NCBI RefSeq assembly: GCF_006345805.1
Contig: NW_021835179.1
Location: forward strand, 1 to 53,729
Length of the DNA stretch: 53,729 nucleotides
From: Octopus sinensis
Taxonomy: Eukaryota
Direction of reading: 5' to 3'
Shown: one piece after another, positions 27,269 to 39,512 of the stretch
How the letters are laid out: every line of letters starts with the position of its first letter
Position numbering within the stretch: position 1 is the stretch's first letter
Position numbers and translations under genes: made by a program
Notes under the pieces: model-generated
Database searches by the model: none
Told to the model about the DNA's origin: nothing
Seen by the model: only the letters and a program-made list of their open reading frames with translations

Positions 27269-27317
27269 AACACACACATTACACACACACACACACACAC
27301 ACGCGCACGCACGCACG

Positions 27318-27361
<44 letters not shown>

Positions 27362-27363
<2 letters not shown>

Positions 27364-27574
27364 GTAATCCCTCGACTATCGCGGGTGCTACATTTCAAAA
27401 CCTCTCGCGATAGGTAAAAAATCCGCGACGTAGAAACACTACTGTACTGTATATATATATATTTTATTATTTTTATAATTTGTATATTTTTATTTTATCA
27501 TAAATGCAAAACACCACCACGGAGGAATCAACGTAAGCTTAAATAATAAACCGCGATATGGTGAGGGCTTACAG
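27362..27574. mobile_element. pogo/Tigger-like MITE
   Basis: TA|CAGTAATCCCTCGACTATCGCGG ... CCGCGATATGGTGAGGGCTTACAG|TA. Confidence 0.75.
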
Positions 27575-28557
27575 TATATTATATATATTATATATATATA
27601 TATATATATCTTCTCCTTTAGTGTATATATATAATATATATATCTTCTCCTTTAGTGTATATATATATATATATATATATTTCCCTTTAGTGTATATATA
27701 TATCTTCTCCTTTAGTGTGTATATATATATATTATATATATATATAATATATATATATATATATGTAAAAAATACAAACTGGGACAAGAACGCAAAACAT
27801 TTAGAAGACGATACAAGAAACACGGACGGGACATTCGAAGCCTTCAATCTTCAGTCAAGAACCGGATCATCCTCGCAATTTCGGCTGATTAATCTTGAGA
27901 TTGCTCCGACCTGGCCAGCCCCAAAGGAAAATCTATATATATATAAGGGTGACAAAATGACAGCGCTAAGGACAGGTAGAGAGAAGTGTAAGAAGAGGAA
28001 GAGAGAGAGAGAGAGAAGGGGAGAGAGGAGGAAGAGAGAGAGAGAGGAGAGAGAGATTGTATGCTGGAACTATATACGAGCCTCCTTTGTCCTTACTCAG
28101 TATCTCTTCCTTCTCCCCCTATGACACTTCATGCTACTCTCTTGCTGGTTCTTCCTACAACTTCTCAATTTTTCCAACTAACATCCTCTGCACTTGGTCT
28201 TATTCACTGTAAAAATGTGTCACATTTTATATGTCTTATTTTTGTTTGTTTGTTTGTTTGTTTGTTTGTTTAACTGTTTCTTTCTTTCTTTCTCTCCATC
28301 CTTTCCCACTATGTTCAATACATGTTTTAACCTCTACATCCTCCTGTCGCGCTTCCGACGAAACATCCCATGCGAAGATTTTTGACACACTCTCCTCAAT
28401 CATCCTCCAACAAATCTTCAAACCAGTAGCAGCAGCAGCAGCAGCAGCAGCACGACGACGATATATATAGTTAATCCAAACATGAAAACACAAAGTGCAA
28501 GGACGTGGAACAAGTATAGTGTTATTGGACGCTGAGGAAAGGAAGGAAAGAACGAGG

Positions 28558-28592
28558 ATTTAACGTTTCGAGCGGAGCTGTTCGTCAGAAAC
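28558..28592 (-). ncRNA. Minimal hammerhead motif
   Basis: gttt-CTGACGA-acagctccgctc-GAAA-cg-TT-aaat. The core is intact but the stem II closing pair is mutated. Confidence 0.55.
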
Positions 28593-28685
28593 ATAGGAAG
28601 AGGAAAGATACAAGGAAGGGAAGACGGAGGAAAAAATCGCCAACGGTACACAGGCGGTCACAATATATATATATATATATATATA

Positions 28686-29083
28686 CTAGCAGTATCGCCC
28701 GGCGTTGCTCGGGTTTGTAAGGGAAATAACTATATAAGCATTTTTAGAGAGTTATAGCCAAAAAATAGGAAAAAAATGCATTAAAAATGGAAAAAAAATT
28801 AAGGTAAATTTCTTTTTAAATCGTTGACACATCGTAGATATTTTTAGAGAGTTACTTCCCTTACATAATAGCAAAAAAAAATGCATTAAAATGGAAAAAT
28901 ATGATGGTAAATTTTTTTAAATCGTAGACTCATCGTAGACGCGCGCTAATACCCAGAAGGGCTCGATATGAATCACGACTATAAGATACCCGGTTTTAGT
29001 TACACTGCACCGCAAAATGTGGGAGTCGTTACGAATCTAAATCGTAGGAGACAGACACACAACTTCACTCTTATATATAAAGA
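28686..29083 (-). mobile_element. Non-autonomous Helitron
   Basis: Minus strand: A|TC start, 3' hairpin CCCGAGCAACGCCGGG, terminal CTAG|T, no TSD. Confidence 0.8.
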
Positions 29084-30152
29084 TATAAGTCACGTAGTTA
29101 TATACACATACTTTGTTATATACACATTCTTAAAAGAAAATGTTATTTTGAATACAACATTTATAAAGAATAAAATATGTTTTGGTTTTTCTTAACCCTT
29201 TCGTTACTATATTTCTGACCAAAATATACCCCTTATGTGTTTCAATTAATTTCTAACGTAATCATAAATTTAGTCTGGTTTCATTAAACAACTATAACTT
29301 TTTTATTTATCAATATATTAATCTGATTTTTGGAAGATAATTTAATGAATATTCTCAACCAATTCTACACTATAATTTTTGTCACAAAGTGATTCTAATT
29401 GCAGGTAGATACAGGTAAATTCAACAATATATAAAATTATTAAAATTTTGTTCAAACTTGCTATAGAAAATGGGTTATTAGCTAATATTCAATTGGGTAT
29501 ACAACAAAATTTTACGATAGAATTTGTTATTCTGGGTAACTTTCTGATACCCATAATAATATTTATGGCAAAATAGGCCTTAATTTAATTTAAGGTTGTG
29601 GGAAATAACAAACTATCCTTTCTTTCGCTTTGTTTACGTTTAGCGTAATGATTTCAAATAGGCTCATTCGAAAAAGTAAAAAGAAATAGTTTAAGGCTTT
29701 ATACTCTTCTGGGAAAGTCTGTGGCTTGGTGCAGTTCCTTCAGAAAAATCACTGAAAGAAACAGTTTTTAAATTTTCACTCCATTCAGGTACCAATTCAT
29801 TTTCTTAATCGCTGTCGGATTCACTGTTTTCACTTTAATAGCTGCAAACTTGCAAAGACAAAGGAGGAGAAGGGTGATAGCGTCAGTGAAACAGTCGCTC
29901 CCTTTGTGTGTGTGTGCGTTTGCGTGTGGTGTATCCCACATTAAGAAAAACATTTGACATATACACCAGAATGTGAGTTTTCTCTAAATTTTGCTTAATT
30001 GGGGTTGAAATTTTAAAAACCGGACCTGGCATGACCCGATGCATTCTACTCTTAAAAATGCTAGGTAAATTGTAATTGAAGAAATCCTATATTGTAGATT
30101 TCTAAGTTACAAAGGGAGGCAGATAAAATCTGCCTTTTATAATAAGATATAT

Positions 30153-30244
<92 letters not shown>

Positions 30245-30317
30245 TGAGTCAGATCGCAACGATAGATCGTTAGCTCCTATACGCATTTTTTCTCTCCTTG
30301 TTTTTTTTTCTGTGTAT

Positions 30318-30353
30318 CTTTCTGTCGAAGAGAGTAGGCTCGAAACATAAAAG
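30318..30353 (+). ncRNA. Degenerate minimal hammerhead motif (CUGUCGA core)
   Basis: cttt-CTGTCGA-agagagtaggctc-GAAA-ca-TA-aaag. Confidence 0.4.
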
Positions 30354-30448
30354 ACTTGTTCTATTTCTATTCCTGAGCGCCATACTAATACATTTGTGTT
30401 TGTACTCCACCTGCCTTCGTTTTTTGTTTATTTTCGTATACCTTCCCG

Positions 30449-30507
<59 letters not shown>

Positions 30508-31141
30508 CAACGAGAAAACAGTGAATGCCGTGAAAGTAGAGACAGTAGATCCAGTGGTAATCCGAGTGGAGTACTGGTATGTAGATGAGGAGAGGTGCTG
30601 AAAGTTCGAGAAGTGGTTCAGAAATGCAAGTCCAAAAAGTAGGAAGTTCGAGCAGGGGATCAAACTGGGGTAACCACGTGAGCGTATAATATTTAGTTGA
30701 AATTTATAGAAAAACAAAAGATGAAGGCAAGTGTATGAACAAGTAAGTGTATTAGTTCGACGCTCGGGAAAATCAAAAAGCCTTTTACTATCTCTCTCTT
30801 GTATCTTTTCTCTTTTCAAAGAAAATATTTCTTCTGCGTTCGCTCTTTTACCCTCTTTCTGGTCTAACGACTATCCATGTTTGTTTTCATCGGTTTCCTT
30901 GTATGTCTCCGCTGTCCTGCTTTTGTTCCCAATAATTCAAAAATATCGTTTATGGGAGCATCTGTCTTCGAAGACTAATATTGGCGTTGAATGCTCGAAA
31001 TGAGGAGTAGATAGGCAGCTGACAACTGTTTGCCATTTGTTTCTCTCGTTGTTTGCGTATTGAACTCATTTGTTTTCGTATTTCATGTTCTTTACTGTTG
31101 GTGACGCACCCATATATATGATGTATATGTATATTATATAT

Positions 31142-31176
<35 letters not shown>

Positions 31177-31179
31177 TTG

Positions 31180-32516
31180 TAAAATATGAAGTTCGAAAAT
31201 GCTGCTATATTATACAATTTTTGATTTTATATATACATTATAACATGTTTCAGTTCCTGAAATGAACCTTATCAAAAGAAGTTATATATAAAAAAAGATA
31301 GTTCATGCTATCAATCACAAGAAATTCATTTATAATACATAACGGTGTCAGACATCATAAAGTTCATAAATATATAGTTTGAAGTGAGTTCGTTCATGCT
31401 ATATGTTTAAAGTGCATGATGCAGCGGTTCACGGTGGTGACATGCATCCATTACAAAAAACAGATCAAAGCGGCGATATGTAGTCAATACAAAAAAACTG
31501 ATGTGTTCTGAAAGAAGAGAGAATTCATTTTTACCTTGAGCAACTGTGGTGTTCGCTGGATGATTCTGGCGAATCTTGTGAATTGTTCAGGTTTTATAAC
31601 ACTGGTCAGTCCAGCGTACGTGACGTCATCAACGTTTTGACCAATCGTTTCGTTAGGTGGCTTAGTCAAGCAGAACGGGACGTCATAAAAATTCTGACCA
31701 ATCACGACTTATAGCTGTATTAGATCTGCCCCTTGTCTGTACCTTTTAGGTGACTAGTCAAGCAGAAAAGGACGTCATCAATATTCTGACTAATCTCTGC
31801 CCCTTGTCTGTATCCTGTCCAGTCTAGCAGAATTAGACGTCATCAACGTGTTGACCAATCAGAATCGGGTCTGACCCTTAGCTGTATCGTATGTGGTCAG
31901 TCCATTAGGGTTAGATTTGTACGAAGAGATCTTTTATAAATTTTTTCCCCTTTTTTCCTAAAGCATATTTCCGTCAATGTGAGTGACTGTTTAAGGTAGC
32001 GGCTGTGGTGGAATTTTGCTTCTCCTTTTCGGAGGACCTATCTTTGTTTAATATTCCTGGCCCAAGGTGTTAAACTTGGTTTAAATTTTTTTATGAAATG
32101 CAGTTCTTTATTTTGGGTTGCGTGAAGGTTGCGTTGTCACTGAATTTATAGAGCGGGTTAGTTGTGAATTTCGGATTTACATTCCAGCACATCTATCTAT
32201 GTGTCCGCTGACCGGTATTTTCCGGTAATCAGGGTTTCTAATTTGTGATTATGCACCGCCATCCTGTTACGTAAGCTATTTTTGTATGGCCTATATACTG
32301 CCTATTGCAGCCTGCGCATGTTATGACGTAAATTAAGTTTTCTGATGCGCAGGTGAAGTTTGTTCTAATGGTGAACTGGTGGCCTTGTTCCAGTATAAAT
32401 TCTGATCCTTCTTTCAAGATGTCGCAGATTCCGCAGTTGGGCCTTCCACATTTTCTAACTGCTGGTTTTGTGGTTGATGTTGAGTGCAGTGTAGCTTGGG
32501 TTAAAATCCTTTTCAA
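31180..32516 (-). mobile_element. 5'-truncated Penelope-like element (Neptune-like): GIY-YIG endonuclease remnant plus 3' UTR
   Basis: CGRPNCGIC zinc linker and NLIYVITCAGCNRQYIGHT, with a frameshifted continuation to KELHFIKKFKPSL (~32065). A decayed HHR-like motif lies at about 31238-31280. Confidence 0.85.
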
Positions 32517-32526
32517 GGATATATAT

Positions 32527-32675
32527 ATACAAAATTTAGAGGCTTGACTACTAAAAGTGGACAGCCCGTATACTAGAAATAGACGTCAAAATCGCCATTT
32601 TCCACGGCGATTTTGGCGTCTATTTCTAGTATACAGGCTGTCTACTTTTAGTGGTCAATCCTATAAATTTTGTAT
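32527..32675. repeat. 70-bp-arm inverted repeat with 9-nt loop
   Basis: 32527-32596 versus 32606-32675, 6 mismatches. Confidence 0.9.
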
Positions 32676-32781
32676 GTAAAAAATTTTTAATCTTCAGATT
32701 TTTTAAGATATACTAGACCACTCGTTTTAATTGATTAATATCAATTTTTACCCTTAATTATATATATATATATATATATAT

Positions 32782-33567
32782 TGTTGTGTCTGGGGAGAGT
32801 TATTCTCTTCTAGTGCCTTATAATTTAACACATCTATCAGTAAAATATCCACTTACTTTCTTCGAAAAAGAAGAAATAAGCTATATCAAATCTCTGAGCG
32901 TGATGTTGCAACACGGAATCGTAACATATAATTGTCAGCCAACTGTGGCGTCCCATACGGGACAGTGCTTCTGGATAGTATCGATACCCCAGGACAGACA
33001 TACGACCCAGCTTTAACTGACCCTGTCTGATGTCCGTATTATTGTAACATAATTGTCAACCAAGCTTATTTCTCCTTTTTCCAGATCAGATGTCTTCCCG
33101 GGGCTATAAGCACCAGTAGCACTGTCCCGTATGGACCGCCATACTTGGTTGGCATTTATATGTTGCTATTCCGTGTTGCTACTGTTTAAATCGCGCTCAG
33201 AGATTTGATATAGCTTATTTCTTCTTCTTCGAGATCAGCGACGGTTCGTCGCTGGAAAAAGCATATAGTATTTCGTGAGAGGGGTGAGTTTTCATCATTA
33301 TCTGGCGATTAACACACGCTGAGGATGGGTAACAATCCAGAAACTCGAGTCCGTATGTATCCCGTAAGGGATGGGAGCGATGATCTCCCCTCGCTAATAC
33401 TAATCGGACACAGATTGTGTGTCATTAGCCAGCTGGAGGAGATGTCTTCCTGGGGCTATAAACGCCGGTAGCACTGTCTCGTATGGGACGCCGTACTTGG
33501 TTGGCAATTATATATTACGATTTCGTATTGCTACTGTTTACATCACGCTCAGAGATTTAATATAGCT
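32782..33567 (+). mobile_element. HHR-bearing element with direct (33088/33440) and inverted (32861-33001) repeats
   Basis: A ~130-145 bp block is repeated at ~352 bp spacing with an HHR between the copies. (TA)n flanks. Confidence 0.7.
33312..33358 (+). ncRNA. Type I hammerhead ribozyme with GUC cleavage site
   Basis: acacacg-CTGAGGA-tgggt-aaca-atcca-GAAA-ctcgag-TC-cgtatgt. Confidence 0.85.
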
Positions 33568-33572
33568 ACACG

Positions 33573-33629
<57 letters not shown>

Positions 33630-33723
33630 TGGTGTTGTGTGTGTGTGTGTGTGTGTATGTGTGTGTGGGTTAATACATACATATATATATATATGAATAC
33701 ATACATACATAATATATATGTAA

Positions 33724-33768
<45 letters not shown>

Positions 33769-33977
33769 TATACATATGTATATACATATGTATATATTTA
33801 CACACATATATATATATATATATGTAAATACTACAATATATATATAGGTAAATACATACATACATGTGTATGTATTTACACCACATATAGATATATATTA
33901 TATATATCTAATGTAAATACATCATATGTATATATGTAAATACATACATAATATGGTATATATATATATATAGATAC

Positions 33978-34008
<31 letters not shown>

Positions 34009-34396
34009 ATGTATATACGCACACCCACATACACACACACACACACATCTGATATACAGGTTTACAAACATTCAGAGCCATACGGTTGAAGTGATCGTTA
34101 AAGATGTTTGTTATGAAATACGTTCTGACATTTGATTCTTGTATTCATCGAAACATTTCATAAATATCGATTTATGATTCTTTTATTGATTTTTCAATCT
34201 TTCTTTCTCTTGCTGTTTGTCTCTCTCTTTTTCTCCCCCCTCTCTCTCTATTTCCTCTTTTGCTTCTCTCTTCATTTATTTGCTCCTCTCTCTCCACCTT
34301 TGCGTAATTTGTTGCTCTTGTTATTCTTGTTGTTATTGTTGATGTTGTTGTTGTTGTTTTGTTGTTGTTGTTCTTCTTCTTCTTCTTCTTCTTCTT

Positions 34397-34515
34397 CATA
34401 ATAATAATAATAATAATAGTAGTAGTAGTGGTAGTAGTAATAATAATTAATTCGTTTATTGGCCACAAGGGCTAAAATAATAATAACAATAATAATAATA
34501 ATAATTATAATAATG

Positions 34516-34585
<70 letters not shown>

Positions 34586-34866
34586 TAATAATAATCCTTT
34601 CTGCTAAAGGTATAAAGCCTGAAATTTTGAGGGAGGGGACCAGTCGAGTATATCAACCCCAGTGTTTCTCTTGTACTTAATTTATCGACCCCGAAAGGAG
34701 GAAAAGCAATGTCCACCTCAGTGGAATAATAATGATAATAATAATAATGATAATAATGATAATAATGATAACAATAATAATAATAATAATAATAATGATA
34801 ATAATGATAACAATAATAATAATAATAATAATGATAATAATAATAATGATAATAATGATAATAATG

Positions 34867-34906
<40 letters not shown>

Positions 34907-35065
34907 TAATAATGATAATAATGATAACAATAATAATAATAATAATAATGATAATAATAATAATAATGATAATAATAATAATAATAATAATATGCACATT
35001 TTTCAACGTAATTATCATTATCCATCATTTCGAACACCGCCATCACGCTCATCGTCGTCATCGAC

Positions 35066-35106
<41 letters not shown>
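34397..35106. repeat. (AAT)n/(GAT)n/(CAT)n microsatellite block with an embedded SINE A fragment (34597-34722, -)
   Basis: Direct reading of the sequence. Confidence 0.9.
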
Positions 35107-35729
35107 TAAAGTATGTCTCTTTTTATCTTTACCTCCTACGCTCAACTTCTTTAATGCGCGTTCCTCATGTCTCCTTCTTCGTCTTATCATCATTATCAGC
35201 ATCATTATCACCATCATCATCATCAGCAGCAGCTGCATCGCAACGATCTCCTATATTTCCCTCAGTCCTCTCCCCCCCTCTCTCTTCCTTCCACGACATT
35301 TTAGTGTCATTGTCTATGACACTGTACCTCAGGCCTTCCACTAATACATACACAAACACACCATACACACACACATACGCACTTTCTTTCATTTCCTTAA
35401 GTCACCTCCCACTCGATCCCCACTCACATAACCTCCTACTTCACTTTACAGTCTACTCTCTCTCTCTCTTTCTCTCTATCTTTCTTTCCACCTCCACATT
35501 CTTCTCTCTTGGTCTACCTCTATCGTCCTCTTTCTGTCTGCCTATCTATCTATCATTTATATAGATAGGAACTGTCTTTTTAATTAATTACCGGAATCGA
35601 CACTATCTCTGTATATTAGATTGAATGTTCGTTTGCCTAAATGAAAGTATATACGCGGATACGTGTCGTGAGTGTGTGTTATAATATAATTACATACATA
35701 CCATACATATATTATATATGTATATAAAT

Positions 35730-35782
<53 letters not shown>

Positions 35783-35878
35783 GTGTATATATATATATAT
35801 GTATATATATTATATATGTATATATATAATATATATGCACATTTGCACATGCATCGATATATATATTATATATAATAT

Positions 35879-35910
<32 letters not shown>

Positions 35911-35920
35911 GATAATATAT

Positions 35921-36332
35921 GTATAAAAGATCGTGGGTAAGGTCAAAAACAATGCGAAGTGTAAATGCAAGGTAAATCACAAGAAAACAAATATGTAATT
36001 AATGTAGACTTACCTTGTATTCAATATTTCGGGGTTATGGCCCCATTTCAAGAAATTGACGAATGTCACCAATGTACACCCATATCGGAAACATTCGCTA
36101 ATTTCTTGAAAATGGGGTCATAACCCCGAAATATTGAATACAAGGTAAGTCTACATTAATTCACATATTTGTTTTCTTGTGATTTACCTTGCATTTACTT
36201 CTCATTGCGTTGGCCTTACCCACGATCTTTTACACAATATATTCTACACAATTCTTCATAGTAATTAGGGTGGAAGGATACGCGTATATAAATATATATA
36301 TATATATATATATACGCATATCCTTCCACCCT
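35921..36332. mobile_element. Fold-back element (~150-bp arms) with a degenerate HHR-like motif
   Basis: 35921-36070 versus 36087-36235. ttc-TTGAAAA-t-gggg-tcataa-cccc-GAAA-ta-TT-gaa at 36103-36138. Confidence 0.7.
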
Positions 36333-37278
36333 TGTGCCATCAGGTCGACGAACGATTTATGGTAACAAGACGAATGACCCATGTCCTTGTCATATACGTT
36401 TTACAGGGTGATATTTGTTATAATATATATTTGGCGAATCAGTTATACTAAAGTACTAGTTTTATTTTCTTATCTATACACCCTCGTACCCCTAAAGAAA
36501 GATTAACCCACCAATTATTTTTGTAGATTATTCATTTGCTCATCGATTTCAAGTTTTACACTGCCAAATGGTATGATTCTAATTTATTAAGCCGTCTTTC
36601 TCATCTCAAGGCTCTGTTCTTTCCTTTTTCCTCTTCTCTTCTTTTATTTTATGTATTTGCCTTCACTCTTATGAAGCTCCAGGTACCAGATCGGATGTGC
36701 TATAAAATATGACTAATATTATTCTTATAATTTTCCTTGGCAGCGCCGACTGACAAAGGTAGTAGAAACAGCTGTTAGCCATGTTAAAGTTTTGTAATAA
36801 AAAAAATAATGACCGATGGTACTCAATTTGTTTGTTGATCAAAACTTTACTCCCTTTTCTGCTTAATTTATATATATATATAAAATTGGAAAAAAACCAC
36901 GTTTTATCAATTCAAAATGAACAATCAAATTACACCAGGTTGTTTTTTTTTTCTAATTTTTTATACATATATTATATTGTGTGAAATTTGACTTAGTATT
37001 TCTAAATTGAATCTTTTTCCCTGTAAGTTTGGATTTATATTCCCTCAAATAATAATAATCATATTTATATATTATTTATTATATCTATCTATCTATCTTT
37101 CTATATATATATATATATATATATTATATCTATATATATATATATGAATATATGTATATATATGGTGTATGTGTGTTGTTTGCATGTATCGCGTGTGTCT
37201 GTGTGTATATGCGTGTTTGCATATATGTATATATATATCTATATATGTAAGGCATGTACATGTATGTGTGTGTGTATA

Positions 37279-37328
<50 letters not shown>

Positions 37329-37986
37329 TGAAAAAATAAGTCGAAATAGAAAATGCTAAAATAATTTTATAAAGAACATTTCAGTACCAGTTTCAATCAT
37401 TTTGAGACTTTTTTAACTGTAACGATTAAATAATTAAATTTAGAAAACTTAAAAGAAATGTTTTTTTAAAGGAATATTTGTATAGTGTTCAAATATAAGT
37501 GGCATTTTCCTTGTTTCTGCCTTGCTCTGTCTCTCTTGTTCACACTTGTGGGTTCGAGGTTACACAATACATATATATATATACATATATATGCATACAT
37601 ACATATAAAGACACTCACGCATATATCAGTGACTGTGATAAACGAAAAGAAATGCACATAAAATATTAGAGCAAAATTATTTAACACTTGTAACTCATAG
37701 GTTTTCTTTTAATGGATGGAGATATTTATATGTTACGGATATGTACTTGCATAGCAAGTGACCTGATCTGAGATCGTGTGTGGAACGAAAACAATTGCAG
37801 CGTGGAAGGTGTTTATAAGCCATGTAAGAAACACAAGAAAACCGTTAGATTCACTTCAACATTTAAATTTAATTTGTCAAAATATTTTCGTCGCTTTGTG
37901 ACCTCGACCTGTTCACTGACAAAATTCCTGCTATTGATATATATATGATATGATGGAATAAAACATTATGTCTGTGTTGTGAATGT

Positions 37987-38029
<43 letters not shown>

Positions 38030-38049
38030 TATATAAATACTATATATAT

Positions 38050-38093
<44 letters not shown>

Positions 38094-38599
38094 TACATAC
38101 TTACATCTATACGTGTATAGATATATATGCACATGTGGGCACAGGACGTCACAAAAACGTGTACAACAAAAAATACGAAGTACGAGTCCATGGAATATGT
38201 ACTATTTTTTCGAACAACGGAAGACACAAATGGAAAACAAGACAAACATCACAAAGAATGACCCTTCTTCAGTTGTTGGCTGTTTTTCTACTTTCGTATT
38301 TCGTGCATTTAACAACAATATACGCTTTCGATAAAATAGTTGCTCCTGCAAAGCAAGTTAAATAAAATTTGGGATTCTTGCGGAGGGTCAAAATTGGGAA
38401 CACAAACAGGACAGTGAAAACAAACAGGAAGGGCTGCTAGGCCTAAACGTTGCTCCAGTATGGACGCAACCTTTGGCCTGAAGCGTATAGAAGAATATAT
38501 GTCTTGCTTCGAGACTTCAGCTTCTGACAGAATGTCTTGGACATTTTAAAACCTGACGATGCTCATACCTTTCCAATCCTGATCAGTGATAATATTAGT

Positions 38600-38763
38600 T
38601 TCGAATTTTAGGACAAGACCAATAAGTTCGAGGAAGGGGGCAAGTCGACTACATTGACCCCAGTGCTCAACTAACTGATATCTATTTTATCGACCCCGAA
38701 AAAATGAAAGGCAAAGTCGACGTCTGAGGAATTTGTACTCAGAACGTAAAAGCGGACGAAATG
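38600..38763 (-). mobile_element. SINE family A fragment
   Basis: ATCGACCCCGAA..GGCAAAGTCGAC..ACTCAGAACG. Confidence 0.75.
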
Positions 38764-38767
38764 ATAT

Positions 38768-38768
<1 letters not shown>

Positions 38769-38856
<88 letters not shown>

Positions 38857-38868
38857 GAGAGAGGAGAG
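38769..38868. repeat. (AG)n microsatellite
   Basis: Direct reading of the sequence. Confidence 0.95.
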
Positions 38869-38935
38869 AATGGATAAACGAACCAACCTAAGTGCTGGAT
38901 TTGTATTTTTATTTACCTAACCTGAAATGAAGTAA

Positions 38936-39338
38936 GCCGCAGGAGTGGCTGTGTGGTAAGACGCTTGCTTATCAACAACATGGTTCCGGGTTCAATCCCA
39001 CTGCGTGGCACCTTGGGCAAGTGTCTTCTACTATAGCCTCGGGCCGACCAAAGCCTTGTGAGTGGATTTGGTAGATGGAAACTGAAAGAAGATCGTCGTA
39101 TATAAGTATATGTATATATATATTTGTGTGTGTGTGTGTGTGTGTTTGCCCCCACCCAACATCGCTTGACAACCGATGCTGGTGTGTTTACGTCCCCGTA
39201 ACTTAGCGGTTCGGCAAAAGAAACCGATAGAATAAGTACTAGCCTTACAAAGAATAACTCCTGGGTTCGATTTGTTTGATTAAAGGCGATGGTCCAGCAT
39301 GGCTGCAGTAAAATGACTGAAACAAGTAAGAGAGTAAA
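38936..39338 (+). mobile_element. tRNA-derived SINE family C
   Basis: Colinear with 8027-8580; B box GGTTCAATCC. Confidence 0.85.
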
Positions 39339-39351
39339 GGCGAAATTGATA

Positions 39352-39512
39352 TTCCTTTCTACTCTACGCACAAGGCCCGAAATATTTGGGGAGGTGACCA
39401 GCCGATTAGATCGAATCCAGTACAGAACTTGTACTTAATTTATCGACCCCGAAAGGATGAAAGGCAAAGTCAACTTCAGCGGAATTTGAACTCAGAATGT
39501 AAAAGGACGAAA
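39352..39512 (-). mobile_element. SINE family A fragment
   Basis: Consensus match to other in-window copies. Confidence 0.75.

Noticed and set aside
27780-27930. Type III hammerhead (GAAA before CUGAAGA on the minus strand; related repeats at ~30950 and ~38250)
   Set aside because: Helices I-III could not be formed consistently.
29192-30147. piggyBac-like TTAA|CCCTTT end and a second Helitron 5' end
   Set aside because: The matching opposite termini were not found.
31600-31870. CRISPR-like array
   Set aside because: Eukaryotic context, degenerate repeats, mutually related spacers and no cas genes.
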